Shown here piece after piece: positions 25,526-37,428 of a stretch of 64,000 nucleotides of DNA. Each line of letters starts with the position of its first letter. Position 1 is the first letter of the stretch. This DNA comes from Selaginella moellendorffii. Taxonomy: Eukaryota; Plantae; Lycopodiophyta. The notes beneath the pieces are model-generated. The model ran no database searches. It worked only from the letters and a program-made list of their open reading frames with translations, and was not told the origin of the DNA. The position numbers were made by a program, and so were the translations under genes. The DNA is taken from contig NW_003314274.1 of NCBI RefSeq assembly GCF_000143415.4, positions 1,901,149 to 1,965,148 of the forward strand, written 5' to 3'.

Positions 25526-26563
25526 CTAACTAGCTGCCAGCTGTTGAATGTTCACAGGGGAGACATCACCCTTGCCTCCACTCCACCACCTTTGTGCCGC
25601 AATCTTATAAAGGCTCTGCGTGTGGTGGATACCATCAAAGTACATGTAGCTATCCGGACGAAGGCAAGCAGGAGCGTTCACCCCACAAAACATACTCCCT
25701 GTGCAGCACCCCCGAGCAGTGTTGCTAAACCCATACTTGCTAGGGTTCTTCATCGTCTCCACCATTAGGCCATAGTAATCCGGCTTGACAATCGCCACTC
25801 CGTCCAGGCTCTTGCGCAATCCATCCAGCATCTCGTCCAGGGCGGCGTTAAACATGACCGACACCTCGTTCGCGTGCTCGTCGCACTGGCCATTCTTCTG
25901 GTTCACGGGGATGCATCCCACCGCAGAGAGCCCGACGATCACGAACTTCCTTGCGCCGCGGCTGTGCATCCGCGTGATCTGCTGCGCAAACCTGGCCAGC
26001 AAGTTCGCCTGGAAGTCTGCCGGGAGGGAGGTGAGCCTGTTCTTGTTCGTGCTGCTCCGGAAGAAGTTGTTCACGTCGTTGTTCCCCACGCTGATGTAGA
26101 AGATGGACTTGGCAAAGAACTGCGAGGCGGCGTGATTCCCCATCGTGGCGTATAGAACGTCCGCCACCCTTTCGAAGTCGTCAAGCTGTTGATCCATGAC
26201 GAGCGCGCCGTTGAGGCGAGTGGTGGGCAGGATCCCGGAGCTAGCAGACGCGAAGTTGACGCCCCGGCCGTAGGATCTCGTCCCGCGATAAGGTGGCACC
26301 AGAGGGAGACCCAAGTTCTGGGCTATGAAATCCGGGACCGTCTTGCCGTTGGTGAATCTGCCAGTGGGAAGGCCGCCCGGGAAGCTCATGCCGTAGGGGC
26401 GGTGATTCGCTCGAGCATACGTTGGCAGGAAGTTGTTGTTGCCGGCGTCCACTGTCGAGTCGCCAAAGATGAACATCGCAGGAGCTTGCGCGGTGCAGGC
26501 TAGAGGGAGGAGCAACGCCGCGAAGAGAAGAACGCACATACTCGGACGAGAAGCCATCTCCAT
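25526..26563 (-). CDS. GDSL esterase/lipase, secreted, single exon (345 aa)
   Basis: Signal peptide, then FGDS (block I), GRFTNG, GVNFASA (II), GNND (III) and FDGIH (V) in one uninterrupted ORF. TATA-like sequence at ~26595-26601. Confidence 0.95.
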   Translation of the reverse strand: MEMASRPSMCVLLFAALLLPLACTAQAPAMFIFGDSTVDAGNNNFLPTYARANHRPYGMSFPGGLPTGRFTNGKTVPDFIAQNLGLPLVPPYRGTRSYGRGVNFASASSGILPTTRLNGALVMDQQLDDFERVADVLYATMGNHAASQFFAKSIFYISVGNNDVNNFFRSSTNKNRLTSLPADFQANLLARFAQQITRMHSRGARKFVIVGLSAVGCIPVNQKNGQCDEHANEVSVMFNAALDEMLDGLRKSLDGVAIVKPDYYGLMVETMKNPSKYGFSNTARGCCTGSMFCGVNAPACLRPDSYMYFDGIHHTQSLYKIAAQRWWSGGKGDVSPVNIQQLAAS

Positions 26564-26873
26564 CTCTCTGGATTCTCAGGGTGGTGGGGGCTTCTTTATA
26601 CTATTTGGTTGGCGACCATGTATGGAATGGCCAAAGTGAGCCTGCTCAAAAGGGAGTGACTTAAAGGGAAGATGTAACAAAGAAATGCCGGGTACCTTAG
26701 CTTTTGTATCGGGTCCTTTCACGGAGCTTCGAGTCTACACAAAAGTATCAAGTAGATGATCATCAAGCAATTTATCAAACTCACAGCGAACTTATGCCTG
26801 ATTGTAACTGTTTTGAAAAAGAAAAACGTGATCAAAGATTGGATGAGTAAAAAATGAATCCCACCTTAATCTG

Positions 26874-28840
<1,967 letters not shown>

Positions 28841-28954
28841 CCCACGCTAAAACCCTAGAGGTAATCTCCTTCGAAATATTTGCCCGCGCTTTATGCAACC
28901 ATATATCCAAACAACACTGTACATTATAAGCGTAGATATTACATCGCAGGAACT

Positions 28955-30361
28955 TTACTCGATTTCCATTCCTTGAATGAAATCGTCCTCGTCAGTGTCA
29001 GCCTCATTGTCAAGGCTTTCATCAGCTGCTAGTTTGCTAAGAACAAGGGAAAAAAAACCGAAAGAAATCACGAGAGGAAAAATATGGTAAAGAAAAACTT
29101 TACCTCACGCTTTGGCAGCTGAAGTAAAGCACGCGTTTTAGCTTCTTGTTGTAGAAGAAGTAATTGAAGGACCATCTACACAATCTCCCACTCGCTATAA
29201 TCTATCAGCCGCAAAAACAACCGCAAGTTACTCACATCATGCCACCGTCGTTGAAAGGCCCGACTTGAAACTCTGGTGAGAAACTGTATATGTCACAGTC
29301 CTTGATGTCTATCACCTGGAGAAAGAAATGAATGAAATGTATAAAACACCTAGTGCGCAAGAGCTGCGTACCTCGTCGACTACTTCCCAGATAGCATCGA
29401 TGAGAAGAGAACTATTTCCTAGCTCCGAAGCCCAAACCTGGCAGAGTTTTCACTTTCTTAGTCATAAACAAACTTCCAGTAAGATACAGAAAAGCAAAAC
29501 ACTACCCGAGTCGCCTCTAACAGATGATAACCGATGCTCTCCTTCACACCAAGAGGATTTTCTTTCGAGAAATGGTGCGCACGCAGAGTACTGGGCTCCC
29601 AGAGAGTATTAGAAGGAGATCAAAATGAGGAAAAAACGAAAGAACCACCACCACGTCTACGGATAAAAAAATGGAAATGGAGAGACTTGAACTCTCAAGC
29701 CCCTCACGGAGCAACGGCATTCACCGTTTGTCAACATTGGACATCACTTCCAGAAAGTATAGAGGAAAGGTCGGGTTGCTAAAAGCCACTGTTGTACCCG
29801 GAAAAAACTGGTTACCTGAAATCGTAGTCTGGATACATATGAGACAGCGTCAGTATGAGATGAATCAGCGTCCTCCGACTAAAGAAAAACCAAGAAAAAC
29901 GTAAGCAAGAAAGAAAGAAAGCAAGGAGAGTTGCAATTAAAGTGTGTACCTCGACAAGCTAGAGAGGGGGCCAACAGGCGAGGAGGAAAGGTTTTGCGGT
30001 GACATTTCAAGGGAGTCAAGAACCTGAAACAAAAGGAAGACAAAAATCTCGCATAGTTCTAAGAAAATGTGAGCCAAGATATCACGACTTACTTCTTGCT
30101 CTATGCTGCGAGAGAGCTTCTTGTCCGTGCCAGCAAGCTTGCCTGTGCAATAGAAAGCTTTCTGTCATTTTGATCCTTTGTGGAAGTCAAACTTACAGGA
30201 GTAAGCTTCAAGAACCCCTTTGAGACGACAATCCCCAAGATCCAAATTGCTTAGAAATCCATTTATCCTGCCCGTGGGAGAACTGCTCAGCGCAAGAGCC
30301 TAGCTAGAATCTAGTAGCAAGAGAAGTACCTTGTGAAAGGTGTGTATTCGAGGAACTTCAT
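28955..30361 (-). CDS. MAF1: MAF1, repressor of RNA polymerase III transcription (multi-exon)
   Basis: MKFLEYTPF..., [16 protein letters not shown] (box A), [22 protein letters not shown] (box B), acidic tail [26 protein letters not shown] at 28955-28957. Confidence 0.93.
29672..29751 (-). ncRNA. tRNA-like (cloverleaf) structure inside MAF1 intron 29591-29815
   Basis: GGAAGTG-AT-GTC(CAATGTT)GAC-A-AACGG(TGAATG)CCGTT-GCTCC(GTGA)GGGGC-TT-GAGAG(TTCAAGT)CTCTC-CATTTCC-A, then TTTTTTT at 29665-29671. All five stems pair; B-box GTTCAAGTC; anticodon and D loops are non-canonical. Confidence 0.85.
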
Positions 30362-30618
30362 GGCGATGGTAGATCAAATTGGTACTGGCGAGATGGCGCT
30401 GCGAGAAAAGAATCGTGGTGTTGGAACTAGAGCAAGAGAGAACAAGGTTGCTCGTTTACCTGACACGCGCAGACCATCAAGGCGAGACAAAAACCTAATG
30501 TGGGCAGTAGAGAAAATATGCTCCAAAGGATATACTACCACATCATCCGGAAAAATAGCCTTGAGCTAATAAAGGAATGGTTAAACTGCCATTTTGCCCA
30601 AGAATCAGCAATGGTCAT

Positions 30619-31781
30619 TCATTGCCGGATGATCGCAATCGAGTCTAGATTTCTTTTTCCTTCTGGTCCTTTGGAGTAGAAATCCGAGACGTTATCCCGG
30701 AAGAGAACTTCACCGTAGAGGCGAGGATTTTGCTCGTCAATGAGCTCCGGAGCGGGAGAGATCCTCGTGTTCTTCGAGGGATCGTAGAACGCAGCAATCG
30801 CCATTCTTTTTTTGGTGGAGTTCACGACGACCCTGTGCTCCACGCTCTTGTATCGTCCATTGCTAAGGACCTGTAAGATCGGAGCATAGCTTTTTTCTGG
30901 AAGAACATGAAGATTACCTCAACTTGGTCGCCTAGATTTGCGATGAACGCCCCTGGAACAGGCTTGACAGCAAACCATCGGCCGTTCTTCCGGACTTGTA
31001 AGCCACCGACGTGATCTTCCATGAGCAAAGTTATGGCACCGAAGTCGGAGTGTGATTGTAAGCCGAGAGTTAGATCCGGCTGGGGGCATGGCGGATAGTA
31101 GTTCATCACTATGTTCTGGAATGGCTCCCCGATCGCGTCCTCGATGAATTTGGACCCAAGTCCCAGGGACTCGGAGATAGCAGCAAGCAATTGCCTCGAG
31201 AGGGCGAGCACTTGAGCGCTATAATCTTCGATCATTTGCCTGCGAGCAAACCATCCATGAGCAAAAGCTTCGCAAAAGTTGGTAAGAATCAAAGAAGTTC
31301 TTCACCTGTAAGATTGTTCGTGAGGCCAATTGCTCGAATTCCTCCTCCAAATGGGAAGCGCGTGATGGTTGAGATAGTCTCTCCAATCCAAGACCTGATC
31401 GTCCCGAGTGAGCATCCGGTTCGCGTAGCCCTCGGCGGCCATCTCTCCAGGTGGAGTCGAGAATTGGAGCTTCTCACACATCGGCCTCTCGAAGAAAATC
31501 TCGGCAGCTCGTCGCATTCCATCCATGAGTTGCAAGGGCACGCCGTGATTCGTAACATGGAAGAAGCCCCAATCCTTACAGGCAGCGCCGATTCCCCTCA
31601 CAATCTCGGCGCGCTCGCGTTCTGATCCCTCTCCCAGCCCCGAAATATCGATCACTGGGAACGATTCCTGGAAGAATGCGTCGTGCGCTAGACCCGGGCG
31701 CTCGCATTCCGGCCGAACAAAGCAGGATGGAATGGATCCGCAGCTCCTCTCCGCGATGGACTGGACGCTCTCCATAGCCAT
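30619..31781 (-). CDS. 2-oxoglutarate/Fe(II)-dependent dioxygenase (DOXC class, 3 exons)
   Basis: MAMESVQSIAE, PVIDIS, ACKDWGFFHVTNHGV, LDWRD, NYYPPCPQPDLTLGLQSHSD (HxD), second iron-binding His in EHRV, RMAIA. Confidence 0.93.
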
Positions 31782-31834
31782 AAACCCTAATCTTTGGATG
31801 CTGGCGGAATATTTCCATTTGTTTTTGGGCGGCA

Positions 31835-34800
31835 ATGGAGGAAGGAGGCGATGGCGGCGACACCATAGCCAGCGGCAAGAGATTGAAGACTGGATGCGGC
31901 CTGTTCGCCCAGCAATTCAAGGCGCTCATGCTCAAGAATCTCAAGGTCTCGATGCGCAACAAGAGGGCTTTCTTCCTCCAGGTGGCCTCCTCTTTCGGCT
32001 TCATCTTCTTGCTCTTCGTCGTCGATCAGGCAGCTATGGCGAGCCGCCGCAGCGATGCCTACTACAGGGACGTGGTCGCAGCGAACCCTAAGCTTGTGGC
32101 TGCTATCCCGGCTTGCGAGAGCAGCGCCTTTATCCGGCCGCCGTGCTACGATTTCTTGTGGAGCGACAGTAGTAATCCGGATTTCGCAGCCATCGTGGAG
32201 AAGATCATGGCAAACAATCCAGGACGACCGATCCCTTCGCACAAGGTGATTCATTCTTTTGCTTTAAGTTTTTTTGCCTTGTGATATCGAATTTTTCTTT
32301 GGTAAGTTTTTCAGGTGAGAGGCTTTGGATCATCCAGCGAAGTGGATTCGTGGTTGCTATCAAACCCAATGGCGTGCAGTGGGGCATTGCATCTCGAGCA
32401 AAGCTCCCCAGGTGTGATCTCCTATGGCTTACAATTTAACTCCACTCCCAGCGGTGTTTTGTTGCGTGGAAAGCATGAGAACGCACCCTTTAACTTCCAG
32501 CTGCCTTTGCAAGCGGCTGTGGAAAGGGAGATTACTCGCTTTCTAACTGGTACGCTCGAAACTAATACCATCAATTGCTTAGTACCGTGCTTTCGTTTAT
32601 GCAGGCAAGGATATCGAGTGGAATGTATGGTTTTCCGAGTATGCCCACCCCGATCTTGGAAGGTTTTCCAGTGTTGGAAGCTTTGGTCCTACTTTTTTAT
32701 TCGCCTCTACTATGTTTTCAGTGGTGATTCTCATCAGCAAAATTGTTTACGAGAAAGAACTTAAGCTCAGGCAGGTACGATTCTAAAAAAATGGTCAAGC
32801 AGAAGTTTCTGACGCTTACACTTAGCAGGCCATGTCGACGATGGGCCTGTTTGATTCCGTTTACTGGTTAACTTGGCTTACTTGGGAGGTTATGTTGGCT
32901 TTGAGCTCTTCGGCCTTTCTAATTATTTCAGGGATGATTTTCCGGCTGAACTTTTTCTTGAACAATAGCTTTCTCATACTGTTTCTTATATTTTTCTTGT
33001 TTCAGTTTAACATGGTAAGTTTCAATGATTTGTCTCTTTCGTTTTAACGAAGTACTGGCAACAGATTGGATTCGCATTTCTGTTCTCGACTTTTGTTACT
33101 AAGCTAGAAACTTCAAACTCCATGGGCTTTTGTATTTTTATTTTTGGGAGCTTGACTCAGGTATGCACAAGTCTCTCTCTTTACTGTTTGCTAAGTTCTT
33201 CTTTCCATTTAGCTGGTGACAACGATGGGCTTCCCTTACGACCCCCGTTATCCCTCTTATATCAAAACGCTGTGGTCATTCTTTCCTCCAAACGTATTTG
33301 CCATTGGACTCATGTATCTTGGAGAGGGAACTGCAACTAAAAGAGACCGAGGTCTTCTTTGGAAAGATGTTTCATCATGTCCTCCATTTCACGTGGACTG
33401 TAATATTGTGATGGTAAGCTTGCAATGTTGTCCGCTCTCTAATGTGTTTGATACTGCCAGGCGGAGGTTTTCGTGTGGCTCCTTGGAACATTTTTTATCT
33501 GGTTCTTTCTCGCAATTTACTTCGACAACGTGTTGCCTGACGCAAATGGCCTTCGAAAGTCCTTATATTACTTTGTGCGGCCATCCTACTGGGCTGGGAG
33601 ATCTCGCTGCAAAAGAGGTACGCGAGCATCTTCCAGTAGCAAGTGGTAAATGTGCAATCTGAACAGCTGAAAGAGATGGAACCGTGGATCTGAATGTGGC
33701 TGTACAGCTCAGAAACCTCACGAAAGTATTTCCTGGTGTAAGAACAAGAGGACGCTGGAAGAAATCACCTCCTTTTCATGCACTCCAAGTAAGTTATGGC
33801 TGTTCATTCTTTTCTGGTTGCAAAATCGTCACAATATTCAGGGGGTAAGCTTGGACATCGAGAAGGAGAAAGTGTTTTGTTTGCTTGGTCATAATGGAGC
33901 TGGCAAGACGACAATCATCAACATCCTCACGGGCATTCTTCCTCTAACTTCAGGGGATGGTAATGCTCTTCGAACCAGCTGTAATCCATTCAAAGCGTGA
34001 AACAGTCGCTCTTTGGCAGCTCTGGTCTATGGAATGTCAGTTACGAACGGTATGGCTCAAATTCGACATAGCATGGGAGTTTGTCCACAGGTAAGTCAGC
34101 AATGTATATTTCAAAAGCTCACCGAAAGTCCACTCGTTCTCAAATCAGTTTAATATTCTCTGGGACGCGCTTACTGCGATTGAGCATCTACAAATTTTTG
34201 CCAGCATCAAAGGAATGCAGCCATCAAGAAGAAAAACGGTCAGCTCATCTCCGTAACTTTCTTTTCATTGTTTTGAGTTAGTTCTTTGATACAGGAGTGT
34301 AAACGACTCTTGCTCAGTTCTGATCTGTTGGAATCATCTCGGGGGAGGGTCAGCGCCTACAGTGAAGGGATGAAAAGGCGGCTGAGCGTAGCAATAGCTC
34401 TTATTGGTGACCCGAAAATAGTCTTCCTCGACGAACCAGTACGTAATGCAATGAACGTAAGTTTTATGTATATAATCCTCTTCCTTTTTGTCAGACAACA
34501 GGCATGGATCCAATTTCACGGAGGAAGGTATGGGAGATCATTGAGAAGTTAAAAACAGATCGAGCGATTGTCTTAACTACTCATTCCATGGAAGAAGCAG
34601 ACAACTTGGGTGATAGTATTGCCATCGTAGCAAATGGCACACTTCGGTGTGTCGGTTCCTCGATTCAGCTGAAACAGCAGTTTGGAGAAGGCTACATCGT
34701 CACTTGCAGCGTTAAAAGCACGGATAACAAAGCCGCGGTCAAGGATTTCTTTAAGCTTGTAAGTTTCAAAACACTTCTGCGTTTAAGTTGTAATTCCTGT

Positions 34801-35096
34801 ACATTTCTTCTGTGCAGTACATGGACGTTGTAGCGAAGGAAGAGACCAGGTCTTACATGTCGTTCATTCTTCCGCGCCGAGATGAAAATCTACTTGCGGT
34901 AAGACCCAAGCATGCATGTACACAATCTAATATTTGTGACATGTTTCTCTGGAAGGTTTTCTTTGAGTTGCTTCAGAAGAAGCAAGAAGAGCTTGGCATT
35001 TTAGACATCCAACTCAGCCTCTCAACGTTGGAGGAAGTTTTCTTAAACGTACTGGAAGGAACAGGACAATCATGCAATTCAGAGCTTAAAGACTAA
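31835..35096 (+). CDS. ABCA: ABC transporter A family half-transporter (ABCA2/ATH9-like)
   Basis: [16 protein letters not shown]...[23 protein letters not shown], Walker A GHNGAGKT, variant signature [33 protein letters not shown] at 35094-35096. Confidence 0.9.
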
Positions 35097-36031
35097 CCCA
35101 AGGGTATTCCTCTATGTTTAATTTTCTAGGGCCCCTCTTTGCAGCCTTGCATTCACCTTCTTCTCCAGCATTGATAGAAATTGATTTAATCCAGGCATTC
35201 TCCTGCCATTTTACAAGGCTGGCCACAAAGCCAACTTGCCATTACTTCCATTGCAGGTTGTCCATGGTGGTGGACTCATTCTTAGCAGGTATGCCAAAAG
35301 CTAAGGACTGTGTTGGGCATTTTTCACCAACTTAGCAGACTTTCTCATGCCCGGAGCTTTGAAAGTCCTTCAGTCAGAAGTGCCTCAACTGGCTCAATGA
35401 AAAGAGCCCGTCCTAACTTGGCAATATGAAGTGTTTACAAGCCCAACTAAAGCAAGTACCCATATGTATGCATGCAAGTCCACTACTTGGTGGTATTATC
35501 TCATTTTAATTATGGGATATGTCGGCTTTGTTGTTCTTGGTGGATTCTAACCTCAAGGAATAAGTTTCTCTTATTTTCTCTTATTAGTCCAAATGTAAAA
35601 ATTATATCTAAGATATCCAAGCATATTCAAAAATATTCTTTAATTCAATGGCTGTAATATTCTGCTCTTAAAATCTTCTCTAATTTCTTTCAATTAACAT
35701 TTATTTTTATAATCTTTCTTATCACTAATGCAAATCAAGTAAGAAATTATTAAGAGGGATCACTTCCAAGTTATCACTAATTCATGAGATGATTTTGGGC
35801 TTGCAATAATCAATCACAAAGACCATTAAGAGTTTAGGTAAAAAATACAAGTTATGATTTATTGAGAAGTAGATATGCCATAAATAGTCAAATTACCCTT
35901 TATCATCTTTTACATGTTGTGGTATAACACAATTTTTTTTATCATTAATCTATTTCTAACCTTTTGAGGAAATAATGCTATTTTGGTTGTTGTAGATTAT
36001 TTTATGAAAAACTTATTTCTTCTCAATGAAG

Positions 36032-36218
36032 TGTAATCAACTAAAGAAAACAACTTAATTTATAAGGGTTTAAATATAAAAAGAAAGGGCCCATTAATAA
36101 AACTATACCCTTTTTTCTAATTACTTAAAGGTCTTGGGATAATTAGGATTAAGTATATTTGTGTTTAAGTAATATTTGGTTGGCTGACCTCCAAGAAGTG
36201 CAGATTCAGAAGCTTATA
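36032..36218 (+). mobile_element. Highly decayed Cassandra-type LTR
   Basis: TGTAA...AGCTTATA is colinear with LTR 46522-46716, including GGTTGGCTGACCTCCAAGAAGTGC (5S remnant). Followed by a PBS-like TTTAGTATTAAAAG. Confidence 0.6.
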
Positions 36219-36395
36219 TTTAGTATTAAAAGATTTCAAATTAGATATTATTAGAAAAAACAATACATCCCTTTTTCTAAATATAAAGGAAAAAAGCCCA
36301 TGAATATTGTTTTTGGTTTGAGGTCACCCATCCTTGGGTAGGTGACCTCCTAAGAAAAAGGTATTTTATGAGAAACTTGACTCAATAAGAAGTAT

Positions 36396-37093
36396 NNNNN
36401 NNNNNNNNNNNNNNNNNNNNNNNNNNNNNNNNNNNNNNNNNNNNNNNNNNNNNNNNNNNNNNNNNNNNNNNNNNNNNNNNNNNNNNNNNNNNNNNNNNNN
36501 NNNNNNNNNNNNNNNNNNNNNNNNNNNNNNNNNNNNNNNNNNNNNNNNNNNNNNNNNNNNNNNNNNNNNNNNNNNNNNNNNNNNNNNNNNNNNNNNNNNN
36601 NNNNNNNNNNNNNNNNNNNNNNNNNNNNNNNNNNNNNNNNNNNNNNNNNNNNNNNNNNNNNNNNNNNNNNNNNNNNNNNNNNNNNNNNNNNNNNNNNNNN
36701 NNNNNNNNNNNNNNNNNNNNNNNNNNNNNNNNNNNNNNNNNNNNNNNNNNNNNNNNNNNNNNNNNNNNNNNNNNNNNNNNNNNNNNNNNNNNNNNNNNNN
36801 NNNNNNNNNNNNNNNNNNNNNNNNNNNNNNNNNNNNNNNNNNNNNNNNNNNNNNNNNNNNNNNNNNNNNNNNNNNNNNNNNNNNNNNNNNNNNNNNNNNN
36901 NNNNNNNNNNNNNNNNNNNNNNNNNNNNNNNNNNNNNNNNNNNNNNNNNNNNNNNNNNNNNNNNNNNNNNNNNNNNNNNNNNNNNNNNNNNNNNNNNNNN
37001 NNNNNNNNNNNNNNNNNNNNNNNNNNNNNNNNNNNNNNNNNNNNNNNNNNNNNNNNNNNNNNNNNNNNNNNNNNNNNNNNNNNNNNNNNNNNN
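36396..37093. other. Assembly gap (698 N)
   Basis: Run of N. Confidence 1.
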
Positions 37094-37428
37094 CGGTGGC
37101 GACTAGGTATTTTCTAACAAGTCTTTTGTTCTCTAATTTTTTTACATTTTATCTTTATTGCATGTGTGTGCATTGCTTATTGGGTTATTATAAACTTTAA
37201 AAAATCTAACTTAGGTATTTGTAAAGGGTTTAGTCCCTTGTTAAAGAGTTTAGAGTGATTGAAAATATATTACACTTAATTTATACTTCTAATTTCCTAT
37301 AGACCAAGCACATAAAGATTATAGGTGGGAATTCATACTATGATATGTTAGTTAAGATTAAAAAGATACAAAAAGTTGGAAAAATTATCAATTTGTAAAA
37401 TACTTTTGGTTTTTAAATTCTTTGCTTT

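Noticed and set aside
25499-26639. Antisense and alternate-frame ORFs over the GDSL gene
   Set aside because: These are expected shadows of a GC3-rich coding sequence.
29672-29751. Functional tRNA gene (Leu/Ser type) or C/D snoRNA
   Set aside because: The 6-nt anticodon loop, missing U8 and missing D-loop GG argue against a decoding tRNA. GTGATG resembles box C but there is no proper box D. Reported as tRNA-like instead.
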